From Heptranchias perlo (taxonomy: Eukaryota): DNA of 64,000 nt. The position numbers and the translations under genes are program-made. Positions 27,215-38,864 of this stretch are shown here, piece after piece (position 1 is the first letter of the stretch; each line of letters starts with the position of its first letter). The notes under the pieces are model-generated. The model did not search any database, was not told the origin of the DNA, and saw only the letters and a program-made list of their open reading frames with translations. The stretch covers positions 4,340,001 through 4,404,000 of the forward strand of contig NC_090340.1 of the NCBI RefSeq assembly GCF_035084215.1, given 5' to 3'.

Positions 27215-28070
27215 CATGGCCCTCGACAGTATCCGTCCCATTTCCTGCACTTACGTCCTCACTCGTCCCGCTTCTTCCCAGAACCATGATAGAGTCCACC
27301 TTGTCCTCACCTTCCACCCCACCAGCCTCCACATTCAACGTATCAACCTCCGCCATTTTCGCCACCTCCACCGCAATGCCACCACCAAACACATCCTCCC
27401 CTCCGCTCTGCTTTCAGGAGTCCATAGGGAACGCTCCCTCCGAGACACCCTGGTCCACTCTTCCATCACCCCCAACATCAGCTTTCCTCCCCATTGCACC
27501 TTCCCGTGCGAGTACTGGAGATGCAACACCTGCCCTTTCACCTCATCCCTACCCACTGTTCAGGGCCCCAAACATTCCTTCTAGATGAAAAACAGATTTA
27601 CTTGTACTTCATTCAATTTAGATACTGAATTCACAGCTCCCAATGCGTATCGAGACCAAACGCAGTTTGATTGATCGCTTTGCTGAACAGCAACGCTCAG
27701 TACGCAAGATTGACCCTGACTTGCTGGTCGTTTGCCATTTTAATTCCCCCTCCCATTTCCACTCTGACCTCTCTGATCGCCACCTCTAATATTGTTCCAA
27801 TGAAGCTCAATGGAAGCTCGAGGAGCAGCACCTCATCCTTCGATTCGGCACTTTACAACCTTCCGGACTCAACATTAATTTCAATAACTTCAGATCTTAA
27901 CCACTGCTCCCATTTTTTTCGGAGACCTTTCCCTGTCTCTGTACTTAGTTAAAAACTGTTTAATCTGTAACTTGTACCAGTTCTGATGAAGTGCTATCGA
28001 ACTCTCTTTCTCCACAAATGCAGCCTGACTTGCTGAGTATTTCCAGCGTCTTCTGCTTTTGTTTTAAATG
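27215..28070 (+). mobile_element. Penelope-like element (GIY-YIG-proximal region and terminus)
   Basis: RVHLVLTFHPTSLHIQRI...RERSLRDTLV...TFPC..RCNTCP...GPKHSF, the typical Penelope RT-to-GIY-YIG linker with Cys motifs. Confidence 0.88.
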
Positions 28071-29030
28071 CATTCTGTCTTTGACCCCCGCAACTACATC
28101 ATCGCTTTCCAGTGCAGTAATAGTTTCTTTGATCAATTTGACCCCCGCCTTTCTTTCTACCCTACCTTTCCTGAATACATTGTAGCCAAGAATATCAACA
28201 CCCAAATCCTCCCCTTCTTTGAGCCAGGTCTCTGTTATTGCCACTATGTCATAGCACCATTTGGCGACTTCAGTCTGCAGCTCTCCATCCTTATTTACCA
28301 TGGTACATGCGTTTACACAAATGCACTCTAAACTTATCTTAAATTGCCTGGCATTTGCCCCCAATCTGATCCCTACTGATGCAGAACTATTCTTTACCCT
28401 AGTGCTACTTGTCTCTTCCAATCCTCTGTGGACCTTGTTTCCCGTCTCACATGTTTCGTCCTGGTGCTCATCCTCCTTTAGTTTAAACCCTACCCCACAG
28501 CAAGTTAACATCCCCGCAAGTACATTGGTCCCAGCTCTGTTGAGGTGCAACACATTCATCTCGAACAGATCCCATCTGCCCCAGAAATAGTCCCAATGCC
28601 CCAGGAATCTGAAGGGCTCCCTCCGGCACCATTGCTCCAGCCACTCTTTAACCTGTCTTATCCTACTAGGCTTATACCAACTAAAGCATTGAACTGGGAG
28701 TAATCCCGGGGACTCCAGTACTCCCAGGGGACTCCTGCACTTCCTGCCTGTTCTTCCCAGTCTGTCTGTCCCACTTCCTCTCCGCCTCAATTCTCTGTAG
28801 CTGCGAGGTAACAATCTTCTGAAACGTGCTGTCCATGAAACTCTCAGCTTACCCTATTCATTGTAGTGACGCCAGCCGCGCCTCAAGCTCAGAAACTCTG
28901 AGCACAAGCTCGAGCAGATGGCGGCATTTCCTGCACATGTGGTTTTCCAGGACACACCAAGTGTTCTGGAGATCCCACATGGGACAGGATGTGCATGCGA
29001 CAGGCCCCTGCTGTCCTGCCATGTTAACTC
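28070..29030 (-). mobile_element. CR1 5' portion (ORF1 and endonuclease start)
   Basis: WCRREPFRFLGHWDYFWGRWDLF...LHLN (ORF1); YDIVAITETWL (endonuclease). Confidence 0.88.
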
Positions 29031-29069
29031 CAGTTATTTAAACTGTTTGTTTACATTTAAGGCAATTTA

Positions 29070-31210
29070 ATATAGAAAATACGAGCAAGAGTAGGCCATT
29101 CGGCCCTTTGGGCCTGCTCCCCCATTCAATATGATCATGGCTGATCGTCTAACTCAGTGCTCTGTTCCCGCTTTATACCCATATCACTTGATCCCTTCAG
29201 CATTAAGAAATGTGTCTATCTCCTTCTTGAATACATCTAATGACATGGCCTCCACTACCTTCTGTGGTAGAGAATTCCATAGGTTCACCACCCTCTGAGT
29301 GAAGAAATGTCTCCTCATCTTGGTTCTAAATGGTATAGTCTCTATCCTGACACTGTGACCCCTGATTTTGAGCTCCACAGCCATCGGGAACATCCTCCCT
29401 GCATCTAGTCTGTCTAGTCCTGTTAGAATTTTATATCTTTCGATGAGGTCACCTCTCATTCTTCTAAACTCCAGTGAATATATGCCTAGTCGACCACTCT
29501 ATCCTCATACGTCACTCCTGCCATCCCAGGAATCAGTCTGGTAAACCTTCGTGGCACTCCCTCCATGGCAAGGACATCCTTCTTCAGATAAGGGGACCAA
29601 AACTGTACACAACACTCCAGATGTGGTCTCACTAAGGCCCTGTATAACTGCAGTAAGACATCCCTTCTCCTGTACTCAAATCCTCGTGCAATGAAGGCCA
29701 ACATACCATTCGCCATCCGAACTGCTTGCTGCACCTGAATGCTGGTTTTCAGCGACTGGTATACAAGGACACCCAGATCTCGTTGCACCTCCCCTTTTCC
29801 CAATCTATCACAATTCAGCTAATAATCTGCCTTTCTGTTTTTTGCAACCAAAGTGGATAACCTCACATTTCTCCATGTTATACTGCATCTGCCATGTTCT
29901 TGCCCACTCACGCAACTTGTCTAAATCACATTGGAGCTTCTTTGCATCCTCCTCAAAGCTCACATTCCACCCCAGCTTTGTGTCGTCTGCAAACTTGGCA
30001 ATGTTACATTTAGTTCCCTCATTTTAGTCATTGATATATATTGTGAATAGCTGGGGCCCAAGCACTGATCCCTGCGGTACCCCACTAGTCACTGCCTGCC
30101 ACCCGGAAAAAGACCTGTCTGTCAATTAATTCTCAATCCATGCCAGTATATTCTCCCCAATCCCATGTGCTTTAATTTTGCACACTAACCTCTTGTGTGG
30201 GAACTGATCAAAAGCCTTCTGAAAATCCAAATACACCACATCCACTGGTTCTGCCCAACCTATTCTACTAGTTACATTCTCAAAAAACTCCAGTAGATTT
30301 GTTGAGCATGATTTCCCTTTCATAAACCCATGCTGACTTTGTCCAATCCCGTTAATGCCCACCAAATGTTCTGTTATCACATCGTTTATAATATATTCTA
30401 GCTTTTTCCCCACTACTGATGTTAGGCTAACCAGTCTGTAATTCCCTTTTTTTCTCTCCCTCCTTTTTTAAGTAGTGGGGTTACATTTGCCACCCTCCAA
30501 TCTGTAGGAACACTTCCAGAGTCTATAGAATTTTGGAAGATGATCACCAATGCATCCACTATTTTCAGTTCAACTTCCTTTAGTACTCTGGGATATAGAT
30601 TATCATGCCCTGGGGATTTGTCAGCCTTTAGCCCCATTAATTTCCTGAGCACTTTTTTTTACTAATACTCGTTTCCTTCAGTTCCTCCCTCTCAGGAGAC
30701 CCTTAGTTCCCTAACATTTCTGGCAGGTTATTTGAATCCTCCTTTGTGAAAGTATGTGTTCAATTGTTCTGCCATTTCTTTATTGCCCGTTATAATTTCC
30801 CCCATTTCTGATTGTAAGGGACCGACCTTTGTCTTCACTAATCTTTTTCGTGGGAATTTACCCTTTATCTAACACTAAAACACTAACCACTAAAAAGCAA
30901 TAACCAACCATTAAGGCACTAACCACAACAACAATAACCACTAAAAACACTAACCAATTAACTAATTAATGGCTGACTTGCACGCGACGCTCCTCTTTGT
31001 CTTGTGACGTCACTTTTTGACTTTCTCGATTTTTGATTTCTTGCGCCGCTCCCTTCACGCTCCGCTTAATCATAGTTGTTTTTAATTAAGTTTTATAAGT
31101 TGATAGATTAGTTTACAGTTCCTTGATTTAAATCGCGTAGCACCCCTTTCCCCCTTTGCACCTAATTCCCACACTCACCAAATTCCCAATTGAAAGTCGT
31201 CAGTTTGTCA
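29070..31210 (-). mobile_element. CR1 LINE (RT region plus 5' UTR-like remnant)
   Basis: KADKSPG, QHGFMKGKSC, LDFQKAFD, RPHLECCVQFWSP. The assignment of 30850-31210 is less certain. Confidence 0.88.
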
Positions 31211-31411
31211 GCAATTAATTTACCTTACTATTTACCAGTGAATGCCCACACTCTACAAATTCCTGATTGAAGGTTCTCACTCGGTTAGCAATCCACCCAT
31301 TTACAGGTTCTCTCTCTGTCTTTGCCAACCTCTGTAGGCAAGCTTAGGACGTTCTCGCTCTCTCTTTGAAAGTTGTGTTCACTTTGTTAAAAAGACTAAA
31401 TGATTTCTTAC

Positions 31412-31522
31412 CTTTATTTTTCTTTGAGAGACATCGCTTTCCAATGATGAGAGCCAACGCCAGGAATATCAATCCGCCCGCTGCAGATGCTGAAATCAGC
31501 AAGTAACCGGTGAACTCACCAC
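31412..31522 (-). CDS. Exon 4: transmembrane segment
   Basis: Acceptor tcttgtAG, donor G|GTAAGA, 111 nt, phase 1-1. GGEFTGYLLISASAAGGLIFLALALIIGKRCLSKKNK is an uncharged hydrophobic helix followed by basic stop-transfer residues. Confidence 0.92.
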
Positions 31523-32127
31523 CTACAAGATTTAAGTGAAATGTACAAATATGAAGCAGTGCACTGTTCAATTGAACAATATCATGACTTAAAAGGTCAT
31601 CAACATTTTAATCAATTGTTGCTATTTTAGTAATGTTATATTTAAGGTATAGTTTTATGAAACAAAATACAAAATGCAGAGCTATGTTTTTTTTCATGCG
31701 TGAGGAACACATTACTGTTATATTATCTTGCTTTAAACTCAAATCTGATTGAAATAAGTTTGCGATATAAATGTGATAATGATTAATTTGTTACTTGTTA
31801 TGACGGCTAACAGTAGTAGCTAAAATTGCAGCTTCCTGCAGATTTCGAGCAAGGTTTGAAGAATGCAGCAGGCAGCGGTCCCGCCTCTCGGCGTAACGAC
31901 TTGGAACTGCAGGACGCGAGTTACTGCTCGATGTTGTCCCAAGCGTCAGTTCCATGTCTCGACCGTGACTCCCACTGGGGCAAGGGGTGCCGAACAGCGT
32001 TGGCTTTGGAGCTGAACACCTGGCAGAAATCCATGGATAATTATATTTGCTCTTCGCAAACAAATGATGGGGGAGGCATCTCAGAAAATAGTTTTACTTG
32101 CAGGATAACTGAGATCTGCAATCTTAC

Positions 32128-32436
32128 CTGTTGGGTAGAGGAAAATGTGAGTGGCTATGGCAGGAATTTCGATGGTATTGTGAGACACCAGGCAGGTATA
32201 CACAGTCCCGGTTCGGACAGGCTGCGTCTCTTCCAAACGGCTGGAAGCTTCATATAGTCCATCGGTTTTGAGTTGAATAATGCTATTTATCCCTGGTGTA
32301 GTTTTAGTCCCATTTTTATACCAAGTGAAGGTGATATTCTCCGGGTAAAACGGATTTGTCGCACACACAACAGTTAGAGACGAAGATGAATCCTTTCCAG
32401 GTTCCCGAGAGATAATTTTCAGTGGAGTTGGCGGAA
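32128..32436 (-). CDS. Exon 3: Ig C1-set domain
   Basis: Acceptor ccatttttctAG, donor G|GTAAGA, 309 nt, phase 1-1. C1 hallmarks: LTVVCATNPFYPENITFTWYKNG ... DGLYEASSRL ... YTCLVSH. Confidence 0.95.
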
Positions 32437-32599
32437 CTAGAAAAATGGAGGAAAATAACGTTACTGGGGCATCATTCAAGGTTATCAACATGTCGTTTTG
32501 TTTCGGCCCATTACTGACAGCACAAAGAGGGAGTTGTTCACTGTGTGTTATCCGTAGCGAAATCGTTAACGGCATCTTCATAAATTTTAACTTTATATC

Positions 32600-32735
32600 G
32601 GGGGTAATTTAAACTTTTATCGCAGGGCGAAAAACGGGTACAACTGATGGGAAAAAAATCGAGCGGGTTCTAAAAAGGGCGGCCGATTCACTATCGCCTG
32701 TTTTGCGCTCACCGCCGAAGCCCATATTCACTCTC
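32600..32735. repeat. MITE-like element in the V-C1 intron
   Basis: Begins gggggtaatttaaactttt, the same terminus as 47913-48021; internal similarity to about 11590-11745. Confidence 0.6.
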
Positions 32736-33371
32736 AAGTATAATAACTGACAAGAAAGTACAATTGAACAAACGCGAGGGGCTTTGGCACACAAGTTCTG
32801 GGTGATATCTCATTTACTGAAGAGTGAAAGGATGATGAAAATGTGGAGTTTGTGGTCAGGTAAGTTTTCGGAATTTAACTGTTAATAACATCGGAGTTGC
32901 AAGCATCTTAACATATAGACCATTAAATTATAAACGCGGGAAGCTGAATTTTAATAGAAACTGTCAGCCCTCCTTAACCAACGCAAACAGAATAAACCAT
33001 CATACAGGATAAGATCCGTGCTTACCGGGCAAATGCGCGCTCGTGTGCAATTCAGTCGAGACACATCCTTTAATCAGCAATTTTAACTTCACATGCTGAA
33101 TGTGCACTTTGAGGTAAAATTATTAACTCCTGTTAATGAATATTGGTGAAATATATATCTTTCTACCGGATAATTGGAATGTATACAAAAATACAACGAT
33201 TGTTATTTGAGTTTCAATGTGAATCCTTCAAAGCACAACCGACAAATGCGTATACAAGTGTGAAACAGTGTAGAATGTAAACAATTCTAAAGCATGATTC
33301 ATGCGCTGGATAAATCTGCTGTGAAATGTTACGGTCACGTTGATCTTCTTCGCCGCTATTGTTATACTTAC

Positions 33372-33692
33372 CCCATACAGTTAAATTGGATCCCGTTCCG
33401 TTTCCAACTAGACTCCCTTGATGGGAGATAGTACAATAGTATACTCCCGAGTCCTTTACACTCACATTGAGTAGCTGAAGGAAGCCGCTGAACTAAGTTC
33501 TGAAGCCAGTTAATTTTCTGTCATCCAGCCCTGTACTTAGATATTCATTGTCACCCTGTTTCCACCAGTTCACCTTCACACGTGGGCCATATCGAAAGAA
33601 GGAAATCGAGCAATGAAAGGAGACGTTTGCACCCGTATTTCTGCTCACGGTTTCGGGGAATTGAGTCACTTTGACCGAAGTTTCAGCGGAGC
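33372..33692 (-). CDS. Exon 2: Ig V-set domain with J-like G strand, interrupted by TAG
   Basis: Acceptor tcttttctgatAG, donor G|GTAAGT, 321 nt, phase 1-1. Reads [28 protein letters not shown]...VNWWKQG...[44 protein letters not shown], with B-strand Cys, C-strand Trp, DSGVYYC and GxG motifs. ORFs 33493..33708 and 33214..33465 share one frame. Confidence 0.93.
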
Positions 33693-33859
33693 CTATCAGA
33701 AAAGACAATCACAATATAATTAGTGAGGTTATATTTCAGGACGAAAAGCTCGAGGTTAGTGGAATCAGGCAAACAGTCCAAAAGGCAATGATACATTTTA
33801 TGTGAAGGAGAAGCTATGCAATTATGCGTTTTTGCGAGAATGCAGGATATAGAAGGAAC

Positions 33860-33914
33860 CTGTGAAAATGATCCCCAGAACAGAGATGCATTGGAGTACA
33901 ACACTCGCCAACAT
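33860..33914 (-). CDS. Exon 1: signal peptide MLASVVLQCISVLGIIFT(G)
   Basis: ATG at 33914, hydrophobic 18-aa leader, 55 nt ending in phase 1, 167-nt intron before the V exon. The donor CAG|GTTCCT is weak at +3..+6. Confidence 0.7.
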
Positions 33915-34010
33915 TCTGACCCAATTGATCACTCAGACCGGGAGCTGGCTGATGGTTTGTAAGAACACTGAGTGGGCGGACTTTGATATACGTCACCGTG
34001 AAGCGTGTCC
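33915..34010 (-). promoter_or_regulatory. Putative proximal promoter/5' UTR of the IgSF gene
   Basis: GC box GGGCGG near 33974 and CRE half-site TGACGT near 33990, about 60-80 bp upstream of the proposed ATG. Motif match only. Confidence 0.35.
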
Positions 34011-36711
34011 TGTGTATGGGTACAGAAAATGCCTTTTTTGTCCCTTTTGTGAGATTTGCTGAAACAATTTTATATTCGCCAGAAGAGGGCGTAGCTCGCA
34101 ATTTGAAGTTTTTACACGGAGCAGCTGGACGAGCCTCGCCCCCCGACCTTCCAACCTGAGGAAAACCATGATGCACACAGCGGGAATTCGAGCTTTCAGT
34201 GCTCGGTGCCTGTAAGTTCCATGCGCGCTCTGTGGCGGCAGACCGACGGTCCCTGGAAAACGGCGAGAATTGTTAATCCTGGCCATTTACCCTGTCTGTT
34301 CAGGGTTTCCGCTGATCATTTGCCGAAGAAACGGTGGGAGATTGTGAGAACTCCGGCAAAATTCTCCATCAGTGTCTTACAATAGCTCAGATGAGACAGG
34401 AGAGATGTTTTGGACAGTGATGTAGGAAATTGTGAAAGGCTTAAAGCACTACGTTCCATAACTTCCTTGAAAAATCTCCAGATTTTCCGCGGTAGCTTCG
34501 GAGACTTGTGCTAACCTCGTAGAAACGAAACGCCACTGTTTTTAATTGATGTTAGACAAAAATATCTAGGATAAATAACTATGAGTATTCGATCAGAGCT
34601 CTGTGATTGTACAATCAAGATCTCATCAGCAATGCCGATCTTTCCCATATTTCAAACACACGTTGAAGCGTCTTTACTGTTATTCAATGATGCAATTCGA
34701 TTACTGTGGAAGAGGGCGGACTTGTCTGTTGCAGCATTTAACGGCTTGCAGATGCTCCAAACGGCAAGGACACACATATAAACTGAACAAATTTGTGTAA
34801 AAGCACAAAGGTTTATAGGAAAATAATCTCTGGCACGTGTGCAGGTGGATAGAGAGGCACCAAGTGCATTAATGCAACTGATGACTTGAGACAGAGGCGG
34901 CGGTGGGGGCTGCGGTATGGTGGAGGAGACACGGGGCGCTGGGCACAGAATAGCGTAGGGCCCGAAAGAAAGAAGAACAGGGAAAATAGAAGGAGATTGC
35001 CAGGACAGTCAGTACTAAAATATCCACCATTCCCAACAAGAAAGAACAGTTGGACGTTCAGCGAGTTTAAAACGTTAGCCAAAATCAGAGTAGCCAGCAT
35101 AACCTAAAAGAATGGACTCTTATAGTCACTTCCCCAGCTCGGCATCGTACGGTTTAATTGTTTACCATCATGCTCAAGTGGTGGCATAAGTTTGTTATGC
35201 CCTATTCTTCATCTAACAGCCTCCCTTCACTGGGAGTTCGGTGAGACCCCAATTTTTGCCGTTTCTCCAGGATTTCCACCAAAATTCCACCGAAGTTACG
35301 GGAGGAGATTAGGAGGACCCCATGGAAACTCGGGGCTTTTATCATGAAACCCTAACCACTCCTTTTTCTGAAAGTGACATATCCTCAGTAGCCTATTCCA
35401 ACATATCTTCATGTTTTTCTCATCCAGCTGGGCCTAAAGAGGACGAACCCGGCCATAGCAGCTTTAGCCCTGCCAACGCTTCAGAGGATGTGCTATTGCT
35501 CGTTCTCGCCATTGCAAACACTAAACAAGAGACATGCACCGTGGGGAATTAGAGAGCAGAATGCATTGGCTGACACAGAGAACTGAAGTTGAGCAAAAGC
35601 AGCGGCTCGTGATATATGCAGAAAAGGCATTGCTTAACAGAAGGTTCGAATATAACACCCCTTGGATGCGGGGACTTGTTACTCATTTTTCATGGAACCT
35701 GATTTTGTTAATAAAGAGAGTTTATAGATCTCAAACACACGTACAGGTAATGGAGACGATACTGGATGATGTGCACAGATGGCAGTTCATAGGGAGAACT
35801 CCACTGCCCGCATGTGCAGTATATTATCAGATATCTTGACGGTACTGAAGTCCACATTGGAGATTATGACAGTTCCAAAGAGAGTCCTTAAGGGCAGTCT
35901 GTCGTTATTCCGTGAATAATTACACATCTGCCATAGAAGCCTAGGGTAGCATATTGGAAAGGAGCTATGTCATCCAGCGCCCAAGTTATTAGAATTGTGG
36001 TATCGAAGGCCGTCAGACGTTGTTTCGCTGAGCTTGTTGCTGCTGTTAGGCTTGTTCTTTCACACTTCAATGATCATGTGGGGGCAGCACACAGTACTCG
36101 TGGTACAAGACGAATGGAAATAGATGATAGTGCTGCCTCTCAGAATGGCAAGCCATGTCGGCCCCTAGCAGCCATCTGCATTGCATGCACGTGACAAAAG
36201 AATGCAAAATCAGGCTGCGCCTCATGCAGCACAAGATTCCGTTTACGGAAAATACTTCTCAGGACTCAACTGCCACAGAATGAGGGCCATCTCAGTCCCT
36301 GAACGTCCCAATAGCAAAAGATAAGCTAGTTACCTCATGCACTCCAGTTACTTGAGCTGGCATCTAAGGGAAGTACAAGGCAATTATTACAAGCACTTTC
36401 ATCATACACTAGCACCAATGGAGAATAGCAGCGCCTGAAAGCACTGTTCTTGGTCAAAATATAGGTTTCCATTAAACGAATTGTCGCGGTTAAGCTATTG
36501 CACTACAGGTATTCTTGCAAGGTTTGACCGTTGTTTTCATCAGGTGGCACGTATTACGTGTTAGTGCAAGGTATGTTCTCCTCTCTCTGCATATGTTGAC
36601 GTTGGAGTATGAGCCACTGGTCACAGAGGAGCACTCATGTAGCTTGACCTGGCTAGTAAAGTTTGTTTGGCCCTCGTTTCCTTCCAAACATTCCCGATAG
36701 CGAGGTTACCA

Positions 36712-37132
36712 TTGGGAAACCACTGGTAGCAAGCCTTTGTGTCAGAAGATCATGGATTCAAAGGCCTTTCCAGGATTTCCAGCACCTAATGCCAGCTGAC
36801 ACTTCAGCGCAGTACTGAGGGGGTGCTGGATTGTTAAAGCGGTAACATTAAACCGAGATCGTTTGTGCCTGTTCAAGCAAAAAATCCAATGTCACTTTTT
36901 GGAAAATAGCAGACGAGTTCTCCTGGTGGGCTGGCGAATGTTTCTGCTTCAGCTATACCATGACAACGGATTAACTGATTATTTATCCTCGCGATATTTA
37001 TGGTATCTTGCTGCGAGCAAATTGGCTGCTGAATTTGCTCATGTAACAATAACCACATCTCAACGGCAGTTCTTTGGCTGCAATGCGCTTTGGGACGCCT
37101 GAGAAGGTTATAGGCTATATGTAAATGCCTAT
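36712..37132 (+). mobile_element. DeuSINE-type SINE
   Basis: Same body and tail as 8411-8870 (aaattggctgct...gcgctttgggacg...tatatgtaaatgc). Confidence 0.7.
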
Positions 37133-37444
37133 TTTATCTACCTTACCTTTTTTCTTTTCTTTCTTCTTTCTTTTTCTCGCTCTTTCTTCCTTTATTAATG
37201 CAGAAATGGCGCTGGGACAAACAAAAGCGGTTTTCCTGACCTCCTCTCACTCAGTCCCTTCACTAGCGTTTCCAACGGTCTCGGCTGAAATTAGTGAAGG
37301 AGACCGGCGATAACCCCATGGAATTTCAGAACCGTGACAACGGATTATAGATTGAAGTTGTGTCAGTGAAAGTGTTAATTGACTCTGGATACCTCAAAGA
37401 ATCATTCGACCACTTCAACAGAATAGAATGAAACGTTGCTTCAA

Positions 37445-37610
37445 CGCTGCTAAATAAACAATTTGCATTGATATAGCGCCTACCTCGGGACGTCCCAAAG
37501 CGCTTTACAACCAATGAAGTGCTTTGAAATGTAGGGAAACGTAGCAACTAATTTGGGCAAAGTTTATTCCACAAAAATTCAAATCATCACATCTGTTTTA
37601 GTGATGTTGG
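37445..37610 (-). mobile_element. SINE 3' fragment
   Basis: ttgcattgatatagcgcc...gacgtcccaaagcgctttacaaccaatgaagt is the reverse complement of the SINE tail. Confidence 0.7.
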
Positions 37611-38509
37611 TTCTTACAATCTACCGCTGTATCTCGGGCGATGGTTGCCGATCCACTGGCGGGTTCCACTGTCCGCCCCTTCCATTGCCTACTCGAGATG
37701 GTCGAGGTGAAGTGAGGGTATAACTTCCGCCTTTAAAATATTTCAACCAAATTAGCCTAAATAATTAACGTTATGAATATGTATTCTAGTTAAACATCTG
37801 TCCCAATTTTAATTTCCATTCAAGTCGATGGAGATGAAAACCGGGAGAGATGTAAAACGGGCTATTAACACCAGTTTTACAGTGTCGTCACAAATCAAAT
37901 GCATCCCCTTTCTCTAATATTATCCATAGGACGTGCTTTTCTCACTCTAATATAATCCGTTATCGATTCCTTCATGTGTCTCCATATTGTGGACGCGAGA
38001 CTACCATGTCTTTTGTGAATTCTCTTTCCTAAACTCAACTCACATACAAAGAACGTTGCAGTAACTGTGCTGCTGATGAATCTTTTATTAATTCGATCGA
38101 AGATGAAAAAGGACCTATTCCCTTCCCAGTCGTGGAGAGTATCCCAACCCCTCGCCTCTCACCTCTCGCCGAGACATCCACCCGAGCCTTCAGCCTAGCT
38201 TGCAACCATTTCGAGAAATGACCTTCCCTACAATTGGATCGACAGTTTTGGCCGCGGGACCTGCATGATTACAGAAGGAATAACAAAAGCACCTGGGCAA
38301 AAATCCCCGGCGCTGAAAGTTTTCCGACGGAAATGTCTCGCAAAAAAAAAATGTCGTTTGCTGCGAAATGAATGCTAAGCCAAGACATTCTGGAATACAA
38401 AAATGAAAGATGATAGAAGGTGATCTGTGAGCAATTACTTCGAACACCATTTGGTTAACAGTAGGCAAGGAAATAAGTTGGGTTTGTATAGCGCCGCTTA
38501 ACCGGCTTT

Positions 38510-38775
38510 TTTGTCATGTTAGTTGAGGGATAATTTTTGGCCAGGACACCGCGGAGAACTCCACTGCTCTTCTACTAATATTGCCATGGGATTTTTTACG
38601 TTCACCTACAGGATGGACGAAGACTTGGTTTAACGTCCCATCTGACAGTGCAGACTCCCTGAATGCTGCACTGGAGTATCAGCCTGGATTATGCATTAAA
38701 GTCGCTGGAATGAGGCTTCAACCCAAAACCTTCTAACAGAGGCGAAAACGCTACCACTGAGCCAAGGCTGACACA
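38510..38775 (-). mobile_element. SINE 5' portion with tRNA-like head
   Basis: Minus strand reads gtgtcagccttggctcagtggtagcg...gggttgaagcc. Confidence 0.72.
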
Positions 38776-38864
38776 CTTTAAGTGCGAAATAAATAAATTT
38801 AAGCAGTGGTGCATAGTCCTGTGATTAACGTAGATTGGTGCTGTTTTCCACACCAAAATAAGTA

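Larger units (their letters stand above)
18116..33914 (-). pseudogene. Six-exon IgSF inhibitory-type receptor gene (leader-V-C1-TM-cyt1-cyt2; NKp30-like V, SIRP-like C1 and tail) with one in-frame stop in the V exon
   Basis: Manual splicing of 33914-33860, 33692-33372, 32436-32128, 31522-31412, 23730-23687 and 18277-18116 gives one frame of 1002 nt. All introns are GT-AG, phases 1,1,1,1,0. The only lesion is TAG at 33495-33493. Confidence 0.85.

Noticed and set aside
32490-32550. CACTGTG heptamer with an upstream gttttgt as a possible RSS near the C1 exon
   Set aside because: The spacer is far longer than 12 or 23 bp, the nonamer is poor, and no coding segment abuts it.
32437-32581. N-terminal part of ORF 32081..32581 as a translation start
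   Set aside because: Intronic. A canonical acceptor at 32438-32437 marks the true start of the C1 exon in phase 1.
35500-36480. Possible Harbinger transposase remnant (also 51850-54300)
   Set aside because: Only vague motif resemblance; not supportable without a profile search.
34376-38110. Alternative leader exons at minus-strand GT donors near 34378 and 38042
   Set aside because: One peptide is not hydrophobic and the other has no in-frame ATG. The 33914-33860 candidate fits better.
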